From NCBI GenBank assembly GCA_001949185.1, contig BDGG01000008.1, positions 806,001 to 870,000 of the forward strand: a DNA stretch of 64,000 nt. Reading direction: 5' to 3'. A model generated the notes under the pieces. It saw only the letters and a program-made list of their open reading frames with translations. It ran no database searches and was not told the DNA's origin. The stretch is from Ramazzottius varieornatus (lineage: Eukaryota; Animalia; Tardigrada). Below are positions 25,844-37,163 of this stretch, in pieces (positions within the stretch are counted from its first letter, which is position 1; each line of letters opens with the position of its first letter). A program made the position numbers and the translations under genes.

Positions 25844-26539
25844 AGGATATCACGAAACTATCGATTTCCTGCAGCAAGCATATCAAGAACTCAGTCACAG
25901 CGTTCCCAAAACAAATGCTATACTCACAGTATCGCGACAATATATGCTTGATGCTGGACATGCAGCCAGAAGATCCAGAATGATTTCAAAGAGGATGAGA
26001 AACAGCTGACGAGGTAGGGGTATAAGAGCCGCTTCCAACGCGATCCAAGTGAGCGGATGAAAAGTCCGACGAGCTAAGGTCCACGCCAGATGTTTTCAAG
26101 GATGCAGTAGGAACCAAAATCCGCAGGAAAATTTTCCCACAGTAGAGAATATTCCCGATGGGAATTTTGCAAAATTAGAAAGGGAGTTGTCCCGGATACA
26201 GCCCTCGACGTTCAATTATCCATGACGCGTGCAGTCATGCATACAATTCTACAGTGTAACTCATAGCGTAAATTGTATGCAGGTGCACGACGCAGTTCGA
26301 CGCAGCAAAACAACGCGATTGACTCACCAGAAAACGGCAAAAACAAATCAACAATCAATAAGCTGACAACAGCATCCCGCTTATTCCCCAATCCCCATTT
26401 GGCGAATTTGATGTTTTGGACATCTCCTTGAAGCTGATTGCTGACGTCGCGGCAGCTAGCAGTCTCGCCAGATCTTTCTCTTCAGATTAAAGCTGGGATA
26501 GTACTACTGGTCAAGATTCAGACGCTGGGAAGTCATACC

Positions 26540-28661
26540 ATGGAAGTCTTCGGATCTGCCCAAAAGATGGTGAAGCGGGAGGCTCTCACAACGAATAAAC
26601 ATGCGCCCACTTTCACGACCAATTTCTTTCTGGAGCCACCATATTACGAAAGTATCAATCTCCAGGAGTTTGAAGCTTATGCCATAGAGCGATTGAAGGT
26701 TCTCCGAGCTTTCGAGAACGTGGCATTCAAGTCGCCCCGTGGATCACCAGAGTATGCTGAAGCCATCATCAAAGATATCAACAAGGACTTACGCTATCGA
26801 TATATCCGGCCACTCACCATCACCTCTGAGGATGTCCTTCTGGAGAATAAGAGACGAGATGTTCTTTCGCACTTCATCCTCAGGATGGTCTTCTGCAGAA
26901 ACGAGGTAAGGTGGAATGTATGTTGTTTTGAGCTAATCGAAGCTGCACATTTGATTCGGGAAGGAAGCGTGAGTCTGTCACCCCCGCTTCTTCGTATGTG
27001 ACCATGACGAACTTGGGGATGGCCCACTTATTTATGTTGCTCGGACAGTTCGGACAGTACTGGTTGTCTATGAGAAACCTTTCGTTTGCTTTGTAGGAAC
27101 AAAAACGATGGTTTATACAGCAAGAAGTTGACCTATTCCGCTTCCGACTTTCGCAAGAAGATGCCTCGACAATCTCGCTGTTTCTGAAAGAGTCTAACCT
27201 GGACTATACTCCGCTTCCCGACGAAGAATATCGCAACATCCGGCCGATCCTCGAAAAGTCCACCTACCACTACAACAACTCCCAAGCCATCGCCGACACA
27301 GAATTCTATAAGATTGACTTCCTTGAAGCCTTGGACAGTGTTCGTCAACGAAAGGTGTATCTCAGTCAAGGCTGGGCTTATGTTCCACGACGGTTGCTCC
27401 TCGATGTCGTGTGTGGGCGGTACAGGGACCATCTGGCCATGGAACTATCCAAGCTCTCGCGAGTCATCGCTGATAGTCAAGAAGAAAACCGTCTGATTCC
27501 CGTCTTGAATTCTCTGGCTAGTGGTTATACTGGTAGTAGTTACAGCGCAGGAGAATTTGAGTTCGGTATCACTGTCGACAATCTAGACCAGTTATCCAAC
27601 GAATCGTTTCCGCTTTGCGCAAAGAACATGCATGAGCATTTGAGGAAAGATCACCATCTGAAACATCATGCTCGACTTCAATACGGTACTAAATGGGAAC
27701 CAGACATTCAACAAACTCGACAAGATCGTTTTCAAAGGGGCGCACGTTCTAGAAGATTACATCGACAACGTGCGCAACTTGGAAAAGCGGTCTTGTCGAG
27801 TTGTTTAACGAGCTCTTAACTTGAAAATTCAGACAAGTACGTTAATGCATCTTGTATCCTTGTGTTTGATTGGTGTTTTGTGTCTTGTAGGTTTGTACCT
27901 GAAAGGTATCGGTCTTTCCATGGACGACGAAATGAAGCTCTACCGAACGGAATTCATGAAGGGTGGAATGACGGATAAGGCTTTCAAGCAGCACGAATAC
28001 GGAGTTCGCCACATGTACGGCAAGGAAGGTCGAAGAGTTAACTACACGCCCTACAGCTGCATCAAGATCATCACGGGAAATCCTCCTGGACCAGATGACC
28101 ATCACGGATGTCCCTTTCGGCACTTTAACCCGAGTCTCTTGCAACAACGACTGAAGTCTTATGGTGTTCCACCGAAAGGCGTTGAAGAAGTGATAAGTCT
28201 CGTTTCCCGTGGTCACTATCAGGTACAAAGGAATTTCATGCTAATTTCGGGAACTGGTTTTCATGAGTTTGATTCTTCGTTGTTGGCAGATCGCCTGCAC
28301 GAAATATTTTGAGATAACGCACAAAGAGAAACTGGAGAACGCCTTGGTGGAGTCCATTCAACATCCAAACCAGTACTTTGAAGAAAGTCGCCGCCTACTC
28401 CATCCGGAAACGGTCAAAGAAACTCAGTCTACCTTTTTGCGAAAACCGGCTGAGCCTGTCAACGTGATGCAGAATAGTAGTACCGCTCAAAGAGCTTACT
28501 CCGGACCTGCGGGACCAGTGAGTTCTTTCGATGAAACTGCCGATGACTTTTTGGGTGACATCGATCTGGACGCTGCGCTGCTGGATGCGGAAACAAGTCA
28601 AGCGACAACCTCCAACTCTATGAACACCGATCCATCGAACGGTCAGCAACGAGCAGCCTAA
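26540..28661 (+). CDS. PRIM2: DNA primase large subunit, 4 exons
   Basis: FEAYAIERLKVL, RRDVLSHFILR, Fe-S cysteines FPLC/YSCIKI/HGCPF/IACTKYF, HPNQYFEES. Confidence 0.95.
27709..27815. mobile_element. Intronic palindromic element, copy 6
   Basis: AACAAACTCGACAAGATCGTTTTC...GAAAAGCGGTCTTGTCGAGTTGTT in PRIM2 intron 27686-27890. Confidence 0.8.
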
Positions 28662-29359
28662 GTTCTCTTGATCTTTGCATTTTCAAGCGTTCAGTTTTCA
28701 CATTTTACAATGCTTTCAGTAGAGACGGATCCGAAAGAGGGTGTGCCAATTTGCCAAATATAAGACAAAAACTTTTTGAGCGGGTTGATTTCGACGACCT
28801 CGGAGAAGGTCCGGGTGGAATAAGTGCAAATCGATGCACGTTAACCTGCGCTACTGACTCCGATTCTTCGAAATATTATCGATTCGGGTTGTTTATATTT
28901 CAACCGGGCAGTTTTGCAGTCTTAATTACCCGTGGAGTGTCTTAGAATAAATCATGCAGTCAATACGACTAGCAAATGAGGTATCGAAATTTCTGATCGC
29001 ATTTTTATCATGGGCGCAAATGAATCTTATTTTGACCGCACCCGATAGGATTTCGTGGTACCCGGTTTCTCGCTCTGCCATCAGTGATTCTTACGATGTC
29101 GATATGAGCACGAGTAAGAGGTAAGGAAACAAGTGACCTTATGTCGATGATCAGGATCTGATGTGCTACACAGCTCAGTGAGTCAAAAGAAATGGGCGCG
29201 ACGGTAAATGCCAGTTTTACATCCTCGATATTTTCGGGTGCCTTATTTTTGAACTCGCAGGAAGAAGACCAATAACTTTTGCTGCCTCTTGCATCTCCAA
29301 AAATGTCTACTCTATCTTTATGATCGTTGTGTTTGTGATAGTTATGTTTTACTCGTTAG

Positions 29360-29576
29360 CCACAGCGGACAGACGTATCCTGCGGAATGGGAGCACAGAT
29401 ACGGGCCACTTGGGTGCATCCCGCGTGTAACCTGTCAAGAAGAAACCAGCGTTCCTCCGCAGGTGCCAATCTGCATTCCCTTCCCAGTCCTGGTTACGCA
29501 AATCAACAATTACGGAGGAACCAACAGCACCAACACCTTTAACAACAACAACGAGCGCCCGAAAGCCATGGAATAG
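29360..29576 (+). CDS. Possible terminal exon of a small orphan gene
   Basis: Acceptor ttag at ~29359, open frame ending ...NNNNERPKAME*, upstream GTAAGG donor at ~29121; no homology recognised. Confidence 0.25.
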
Positions 29577-29649
29577 TAGCCTGCTATCGACATGCACTAC
29601 ACTTCCTCCTCGCCTCAGAGATTCTTTCCTAACTCTGTTTTAAGCCGTT

Positions 29650-29760
29650 TCTTGCGAGATGGGACCCTCATGCTTTATCTCTCGAAACTCTATTCCCCAA
29701 GAGATGGACTTTGACTCTGCTTCCACTCCAGCATGCTATCGTTCGCGCGATGAGATATTC
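29650..29760 (+). pseudogene. Inverted partial copy of the RPB7 coding sequence
   Basis: Reads [34 protein letters not shown], matching the reverse complement of ~30155-30265. Confidence 0.9.
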
Positions 29761-30039
29761 TAAGCCACAACTAACACTGAGTTCACGATGTTTTGTCTTC
29801 GTTAAGCGTTTTAATTACGATTGTTGACAACTTTGCCACTTGACAGTACAGGTCCGAAATTTTGTGAGAGATAACATCCTCAAGCTTCACCATTTCATAA
29901 CGAAAAGTCTGTGTAAACTCAATCGAAAAAGCGCTGTATCGCTGAACAGACGTTCGAATGAAAAATACGCTGCTTCGCTACTGGTATGAACTATTCAAAA
30001 AAAAGTGAATCCAAGTGATTCTGGCGTCCCTTCCCGCTT

Positions 30040-30558
30040 TCAACTGACCAGTCCGAGGTAGTCGTCCATCAAGGTCCCAATAGCGAAGATATCCTTAGCG
30101 TCCACTCTTGTCCCGACGATCTTGACGCGGATCTCATCGTCTTGCTGGATGGTGATATCCTCGTCGCGCGAACGATAACACGCTGGAGTGGAAGCAGAGT
30201 CAAACTCCATGTCTTGGGGGATGGAATGTCGAGAGATGAAGCAGGACAAAGGCCCCATTTCGCAGAAGATGCCCACTTTGTTGACTTGTGTGACCACAGC
30301 ATCACAGACTTCTCCCTTGAATGGACGGAACACCACCGCTGTGTACTTGACCGGATAGACGACGAAGCCTTGTCCGGGCTGAATGAATCCCGCGCCGATC
30401 TCGTCCACTGATGTTACAGCAATGACGAAGCCATACTTGCCGGAGCATGTTCCTTCCACCTCAGAGTACAGCTTCTGTCGCACACTGTCCAGGAGAGCCG
30501 GCCCAAAATAGCGCGGATGAAGGATAACTTCGTGCTCCAGCGTGATGTGGTAGAACAT
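30040..30558 (-). CDS. POLR2G: RNA polymerase II subunit RPB7, intronless
   Basis: [19 protein letters not shown]...[16 protein letters not shown]. Confidence 0.97.
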   Translation of the reverse strand: MFYHITLEHEVILHPRYFGPALLDSVRQKLYSEVEGTCSGKYGFVIAVTSVDEIGAGFIQPGQGFVVYPVKYTAVVFRPFKGEVCDAVVTQVNKVGIFCEMGPLSCFISRHSIPQDMEFDSASTPACYRSRDEDITIQQDDEIRVKIVGTRVDAKDIFAIGTLMDDYLGLVS

Positions 30559-31554
30559 CGTGCTACTTTGGTCCAGGTGCCCTACGTACGTCAGCTTCTC
30601 TCTACACTTGGCCGACGATCCTCCGACACCTAAGGACCAGAAGGAAGACAAAATCAACAGTCCACAGTGTCTGGAGTCAGAAGAACAGGATTAACGGATT
30701 TTAAGAAGAGGACTGAATGAAGTGAGCAGTGGGCAGAGTAGATCAGTAAGGCGGGGCTAGTTTGAGAAGTATGGAGAGGGAACGAAATGAAATTGCCTTT
30801 AATCGTCCAATCAAGATTGTCGAACTTGGAAATTCTGTACCTTCATTGGTCGTCTACGGATATTCTTTAATTTCATGCCCCGCTCCATATGATGTCATCT
30901 GGCCGCGCCTTACTGATCTACTCTGCCCACTGCTCAAGTGATTCTGAAATCCGAAAATCTGATTTAGACTTGCTGGACATTCTCAGTTTTTGGCGAATTT
31001 GGCGAATGAAGGAACAGGTGTCGAGCGCAGGTATGCAGTGAGCATCAGAACAAGACGACACGCACCTAGAAACAGCGGTTCCGTCACCGTTTGACTTGAT
31101 TGAAATCGCTCGAACGCTGAATAACAACAAGACTGCTTGGTTGACGAGAACTTGCACTGCGTGCATTCAGCCGGTAAAGAGGCTGAACCAAGCAGTTGAA
31201 TGGAACCAATCGCAGATTTATACAGGAAATGGAGAATTTTCAACAACTCTAATCTGATTAATGGCCAAAAATCCCACCCGAAGTTGGGCATGCCCTCAGT
31301 CTGTTCTGAGAAACCGGTTGTCCGGCCCGTCTCACCCGAGGTGACTTTGACTTTGTGACCTCCAGCAGCGGGTTGATCTAGAGCTCTCAGTCTCTGAGTC
31401 TAGACAGAGTGCCCACCCTGGTCAAGACAAGGTCTCCAGCAGCTGATTTTCTGTTCCCATCTTTTTCATCAGTATCTTCGTCCCTTCCCGCCGGCGCCGG
31501 AGAGGACTGCACCCTGAATTCCTGATCCAAGGTGGATCACCGCCCACCATCGCA

Positions 31555-33325
31555 ATGGCAGGCTTCTTCGCTTTCCTGGGACCATTTCAGTCGTCGTTTG
31601 CCTTCTTCGGCACGGTGGCAGTGGTGCTTTTCGTGCTGCTGACATGCTACTTCACGCTGAGGAGTATCTTCGTTTTCTTCCTGGCTGAGACACTGGGGAT
31701 GACAGTTCCGTTCAAAGAGATGGGAGAATGGGCAGGTATGATTAATGAGTAGAACTTTTGATCTTGTTTCGACGTTACGGGCTTCGTCTCTGTTCTAGTC
31801 GTGACGGGAGCTACAGACGGCATCGGGAAAGGATACGCTTTTGACGTAAGTTTCAACGAGGAAGTTCATCGAACTGACTGCAGTCCTGTCTGAATGGTTT
31901 TCGCTTCCAGTTGGCCCGAAGGGGTTGCAACATCGTCCTGATCAGTCGAACTTTGGAGAAACTCAAGAATGTCGCCCAAGAAATCGGTAAGTTCATACTC
32001 ATACTACCCAACCGGAAGTAGACCGGAAGTTTTGTAGATTTAGCTACCTATCAAACTGAACGGCATCTTAATCAGTCCTTGTTCTTCCAGAGACCATTTA
32101 CAACGTACGGACCAAAGTCATCGCCGTCGACTTTACAGCGGACGAGAGCATCTACGACAAGATCAAGGAAGACTTGGCCGGCCTTGAAATCGGCACCTTA
32201 AGTAAGACTGTGTGTCTACTGTTTAAACGAAGTTCACTTCGTCATGTTCGTTCTCGTTACAGTTAACAATGTCGGTATAGGTTATCCGTATCCTGAGATG
32301 TAAGTTTATTGCTCGTGACTTGCCCATATTTTTCTTTCGGCATTGAGAAATCTTTTCCTACAGGTTCCACAAAGTTCCGGGTGGCGAAGAGTTCTTCGTG
32401 CAGATGATCCGATGCAACTGCGTAGCGCAGACTTTGGTACGTCGTAGAGCCGATAACATCAGTTGAAATTTCAATTTCTTCACTTGGACATTGAGCTGCC
32501 TTGCACATTGTTGGGGCTTACGGCAGAAGCTTTTCTTCTAATTCAACGAAGTAGATTTTTTCTTTTAGATGACGCGAATAGTTCTTCCACAAATGGTTGC
32601 CCGAAAGAAAGGTGTTGTGGTGAACCTCTCGTCGGCAGCCGGTGCGAACCCTTATCCAATGTTGGCGGTCTATTCAGCCACTAAAGCCTTCAACGACTTT
32701 CTCGGAATGACTTGCGAGCAAGAATACCGCGATACCGGCGTCATTTTCCAGGTACTTAACCGGACTAATGGTCAATATCATGAGGGAGCTGCCCAAACAA
32801 ACTCCGCTTGATTGTTTTCCCCGATGGTGCACAGTTTCAGTATTATTGGCCGAAGGTGTGCGCCACTTGAAACAAAAACGATCTTGTCGAGTTTGTTTGC
32901 CCGACCTTGGACCTTTCAGTTCCTGGGTTCTGGATTATAACTCTACTGTCCGATATTTCAGGTTATCCAGCCGTTCATGGTTGCAACAAATTTGTCCGGA
33001 ACGAAGAAAACGAACCTTTTCGTGTTGGACGCGAAATCGTATGCTCGAAGCTGCTTGAACACTGTTGGATGGTTCCCTCGTACTAATGGCCATCCTAGTC
33101 ACGCAGTCCAGGTATCATGAAATACCAGACTAAGATTCTTAGCTTCCGATTTTGTTCTGTACGCTGTGGTAAAGAACAGTAGCTCAATTCGCATTTGTTT
33201 AGAACTGGATTGTGTCGCACATTCCGGCCATCATTAGAGGGCCGCTGATGAAGGCTGGTATGACCAAATTCCGCGAAGCTTCTATCGCCAAGCTCAAGAA
33301 GAAAGGCCTATACAAAGGAGAGTAA
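31555..33325 (+). CDS. HSD17B12: Very-long-chain 3-oxoacyl-CoA reductase (17-beta-HSD12-like SDR), multi-exon
   Basis: N-terminal TM, GEWA|VVTGATDGIGK, LISRTLEKL, VNNVG, YSATK. Confidence 0.9.
32784..32908. mobile_element. Intronic palindromic element, copy 7
   Basis: GGGAGCTGCCCAAACAAACT...TGTGCGCCACTTG...GAGTTTGTTTGCC in intron 32752-32961. Confidence 0.75.
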
Positions 33326-33529
33326 GCCGTCGAGCTTAGACGTACGGCAAAACATGGCGACTTTCATAAAAAATAGTTCTCTTTGGAAGGGTTCGTGACA
33401 TATTTCACCATAATACCTTTTCTTTCGGCTAGAAGTCAGTTTTACCGTTCTTTTCTGGATGTCCTGCTATTAAATACTGTAAGAAGCACTCGTACTCATT
33501 TGGCTTCGTGTGCAGAGTTTCTAGCCATT

Positions 33530-35325
33530 TTATGGAAGATCGTTTACTTGCTCTTCGAGTTTCCTCACATCCAGCACGCATTCTGAAACAAACTCTAATC
33601 TACCGGTCTCACATGGTACTTTAGCAATCTCACAAATTTCGGAAGTATCAAAGTTTTCCAGCGGGTGAGAGTTCTCCAAAGACCCAAAAGACTGTTGTCG
33701 TCTGCCAGTTTCTCTCGAGCTCGCTTCCGTCCCGGAAGTTGCAGGCTTCCCGTCATTAGTCTGCCATGTTTGTCTCAGAGGACTCTTCCGGTACAACACT
33801 TTTGGGTCCTGTTCCCGCGGGGACTTGTATCCATGTTGGAACAAGAAGTCCCAAATGATCAAAGCCTTCTCGCAGATACCTCCGTTCTGAGTTTCTCCTT
33901 CCTTGTTGATCTGAGTACCTACGGCGCTATTCGGCCGCGGGTCAGTTGTCTCGCTAGCACAACTGGGCGGTCTGTCACCGTCCGGACTTCCGGTGCTTGT
34001 GGGGCTTTTGACTGAGCTTCCGGGTGACCATCGCGGTTGTTCGGACATGGGCAGTAACTGTGACAGTTCGACTATCTCCACGCGCTTGACAGTTACATCA
34101 GGCATGGGCAAGCTTCCTTTTTGACATTGTTCATTTTCTTCTTCCGTCTCAAGATTACTGTTCAAAAAATCTCAACTGTATTTATTTCTCACAACACAAC
34201 ATAAAGTTGCCAAGGTCCAAAAGCAGGAAAATAAAAAGGTAACTTTTACGCCTTTCTATCGAAGTTTCAAACATGAAATCATACCTGGATGATCATATGA
34301 ACGCATTCCAAATACACAAAACGGCGAAACAAGATAACCACAGCGAAGTTTGAAAACCAAATTTTGCGAGGAGTATACGCGGTTTTTCCCAGGAAAATCA
34401 CATATTGAACGTCATTGAGTGGCTCATCGCTCTGAGAGAAAAAGACGTTATTCAACCATTTCTGAACGTAGATTCTTCACTTCCGGTCCTTCGTTCTTCT
34501 TCCCAACCTCCACTTGCTGCTTTCCGTCCGTCGAGCTTTCCATTTCTCTCTTCTTGTCAGCCTGGTTTGAGATCTCCACCACGCCTCTTTTCTCTCCAAC
34601 TTCTTGATTTCCAATAGGCCCTAAACAAAAATGAGCGTACAATAACTGAGACCTGGGTAAATGATTTAAACCAGATTGATTTCCCAAGTGGCGCTCACGT
34701 TCGGCCAGCAACAACGTAAACGTGCGCCAGTTGAGAGGACGATCTCGTTCGGTTCATTCGACCACGTCCCATCTGGTCAACCCAAAACTGGAGCCAAAAT
34801 TAATATTCAGATACGTATGGTGAGATACCCACCCTGGTTGTTTTTGCCTTCCACCGCCAGTACGAGACCTTCCGGGTCAGTAGGTACATTATTCACCATT
34901 TCCCTGGCCACGTCAATTTTGCCTGGCTTCACATCGATGCCTTTCGAATCTGGCAACTCGACTTCCTTGGGTGTATTGAGGTTTATTTCTTTGATTTCTC
35001 CTGCTCGTCCGAGGTTGATTTCTGCCTCCTTTGGTGTACGGGCCAAGGTTTCTCCGAGCACTCTTCCAAGTCCGCTTTCTGCTTGCGTTCCAAGACCGGA
35101 CACTGTTTCGACCGTCATACTTTGTGTCAGTGTGTTTTCCATGACGGCGCCACTTTCTTCGACTCCAGTTGCTCTGATCATTCGGGCAGCTGATTTGAGC
35201 ACCGTTTCCCCTTCATCAGACAGCAACGTCCTGGAAGGAAACACAGGACATGAAAATCGATACGGGAAATTCCCTGGAAAGTCGTGCACTTACTTTGCAG
35301 CCACTTGAACAGCCCTTATAGCCAT
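33530..35325 (-). CDS. Orphan, largely low-complexity acidic protein, multi-exon
   Basis: ATG 35325 exon joins in phase (AA|G) to ORF 34807-35289; further ORFs 34448-34714 and 33530-34165; junctions partly uncertain. Confidence 0.5.
34650..34763. mobile_element. Intronic palindromic element, copy 8
   Basis: CCCAAGTGGCGCTC...GTGCGCCAGTTG. Confidence 0.75.
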
Positions 35326-37163
35326 CGTCAGATTTGATGATGAGACGATGTCGTCTACCAGGCTAACTCCGCTCCTAACTCTTCAGTAAGTCCACTCAAG
35401 AACCCTCTATCGCATGGGGAGCGAAGACTAAAGCACAAAGCTGCTTATGATATTACGGTTCAGAATCTTCAGAAGGGCAGTTCAGCAAGAATAACAATGA
35501 CGGGAATCCAGAATTCGGGTAGACTTCCTCGCGTAAAATCTAGACTCCAGAAATCCTGATAGTTGTAGTGTCCCAGGTTTGCAGGCGACGCGAAGGTGCG
35601 GAACGGCAGAGATGGTAATGAATGGAAATCCCAGACAGCATACGATTTGATCAGTGAGTGATCCAAAAGTAAACAAACCATTCCGTTGCCAACATTGGCC
35701 CAACAACAAGCAAAGAACTCCCCCAAGGGCAGCCCAGTCAAAGAGCTGACTGGATGACCTCTGTCCAATCATTCAACATTTTTATTCCATAATCCGCCGG
35801 ATTCTGTGTTTCATGATCCATCAAAAATCAAGGACATATTTCGCCCCATCGAACTCAAGAGTTTGAGTGCGCTTCCTTTGAGGCTGACGACACCTTCTGG
35901 AAGGTGCAGCTCCACGCGCAGCCAGCACATCGTAGTTTGGCCAGTTGGGGTTGGCGCAGAAACAGTGCCAGGTGAGGCATACTTGAAAGCGCGCTGGTTG
36001 ACGTGGGCAATGTACGGATAATGGCATTGGCCAATTGTCCTATTCGCCAGCTTAACTAATTTTACTCTCGGAGTACCTTGAATGTCACCGAGATTTTTGG
36101 CGGCGATTTTGTCCCATTTCGATGTGTCTCGAAGTCCACGTTTACGAAGGTACTATTGTGTCGAGCTCGTACAGTTGCAGTAGTGCCGAATCTATTTCCG
36201 ACTTTTCCTACTATTGCGTTATTCCGGGCTCTAGAGTCTGCAAGCAGTGGAGTCACTGGAGTGGTCTGCTGGAATCTCTACTCAGGGAGAATCAAAGAAC
36301 CGGTCTACGCAAAGCCTGTGTTTCGAGATGGACCCCAGCAAGACACCGATGGAGTTCGACAGGAAACTGACGTGGACTGTGGAAGGACTTTGGCGGGATG
36401 ATTGGGAAAGCAGGAGACCAAATACAGGTACCGCGTTTAATCATCAGGTTCCACTCTGGCGAAAAACCACACGCGCAAGACGGTTTCGACGTATGGAATG
36501 CTCCGCATGCTGCGGCTTGCTGAATATTAGTTTGAGGAAATCCTGGAGCAAAACGATGACATCGACACGGTGGTGTTGAGTGGGCTTGACTTTACTTACC
36601 TTAGTCATGAGTCTAACTTGAGAATGTTCGATGGAGCGCCTCGTTGGCCAGCAAGGATGACGATTGTCCTCCACAAACGTCTTTTCTACCTCGCATCTTG
36701 GTTCGCAGTTTCCGCGACCGGAAGTTCCCATCTCTCCCTTGAAGGCATGGCTTTCTCGCATCGAAATGTTTCACGGCCATATTCCGCTGTAAGTCCCTTA
36801 TGTTGCTGCTGTGGTTGACGAAGGTTTGACGGGTAGAGAGCAACAAGTGAGGCTCTTTTGCGAGTTGGCAAACTCGCGATGTTTTTGGTCGTTCCCTCCT
36901 GTAGTCTCTCCTGAATGACTACCCTTCGGACGATCCTGCCGTTCTTGCGGTAACGGATGCTAAAGCGGGATTTTCGGCGAAGTTCGGCAAGCCATTAATG
37001 CCACCTGCAAACCGACAAGTATCGCCATGCTGTTGGAGCAATTTCGCCTCCATACGAGGTGGATCGTGTTGTCATTAACACCGAACATTTTGGTTTTTGA
37101 AGTCGTAGTTCACGAACGCCACTGTCTGCTATCGCTTTACCGCGAGGGTTCGAGCGGGTTCTG

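Noticed and set aside
35800-36980. Overlapping ORFs between the orphan gene and the nAChR
   Set aside because: Could not assemble a consistent gene model on either strand
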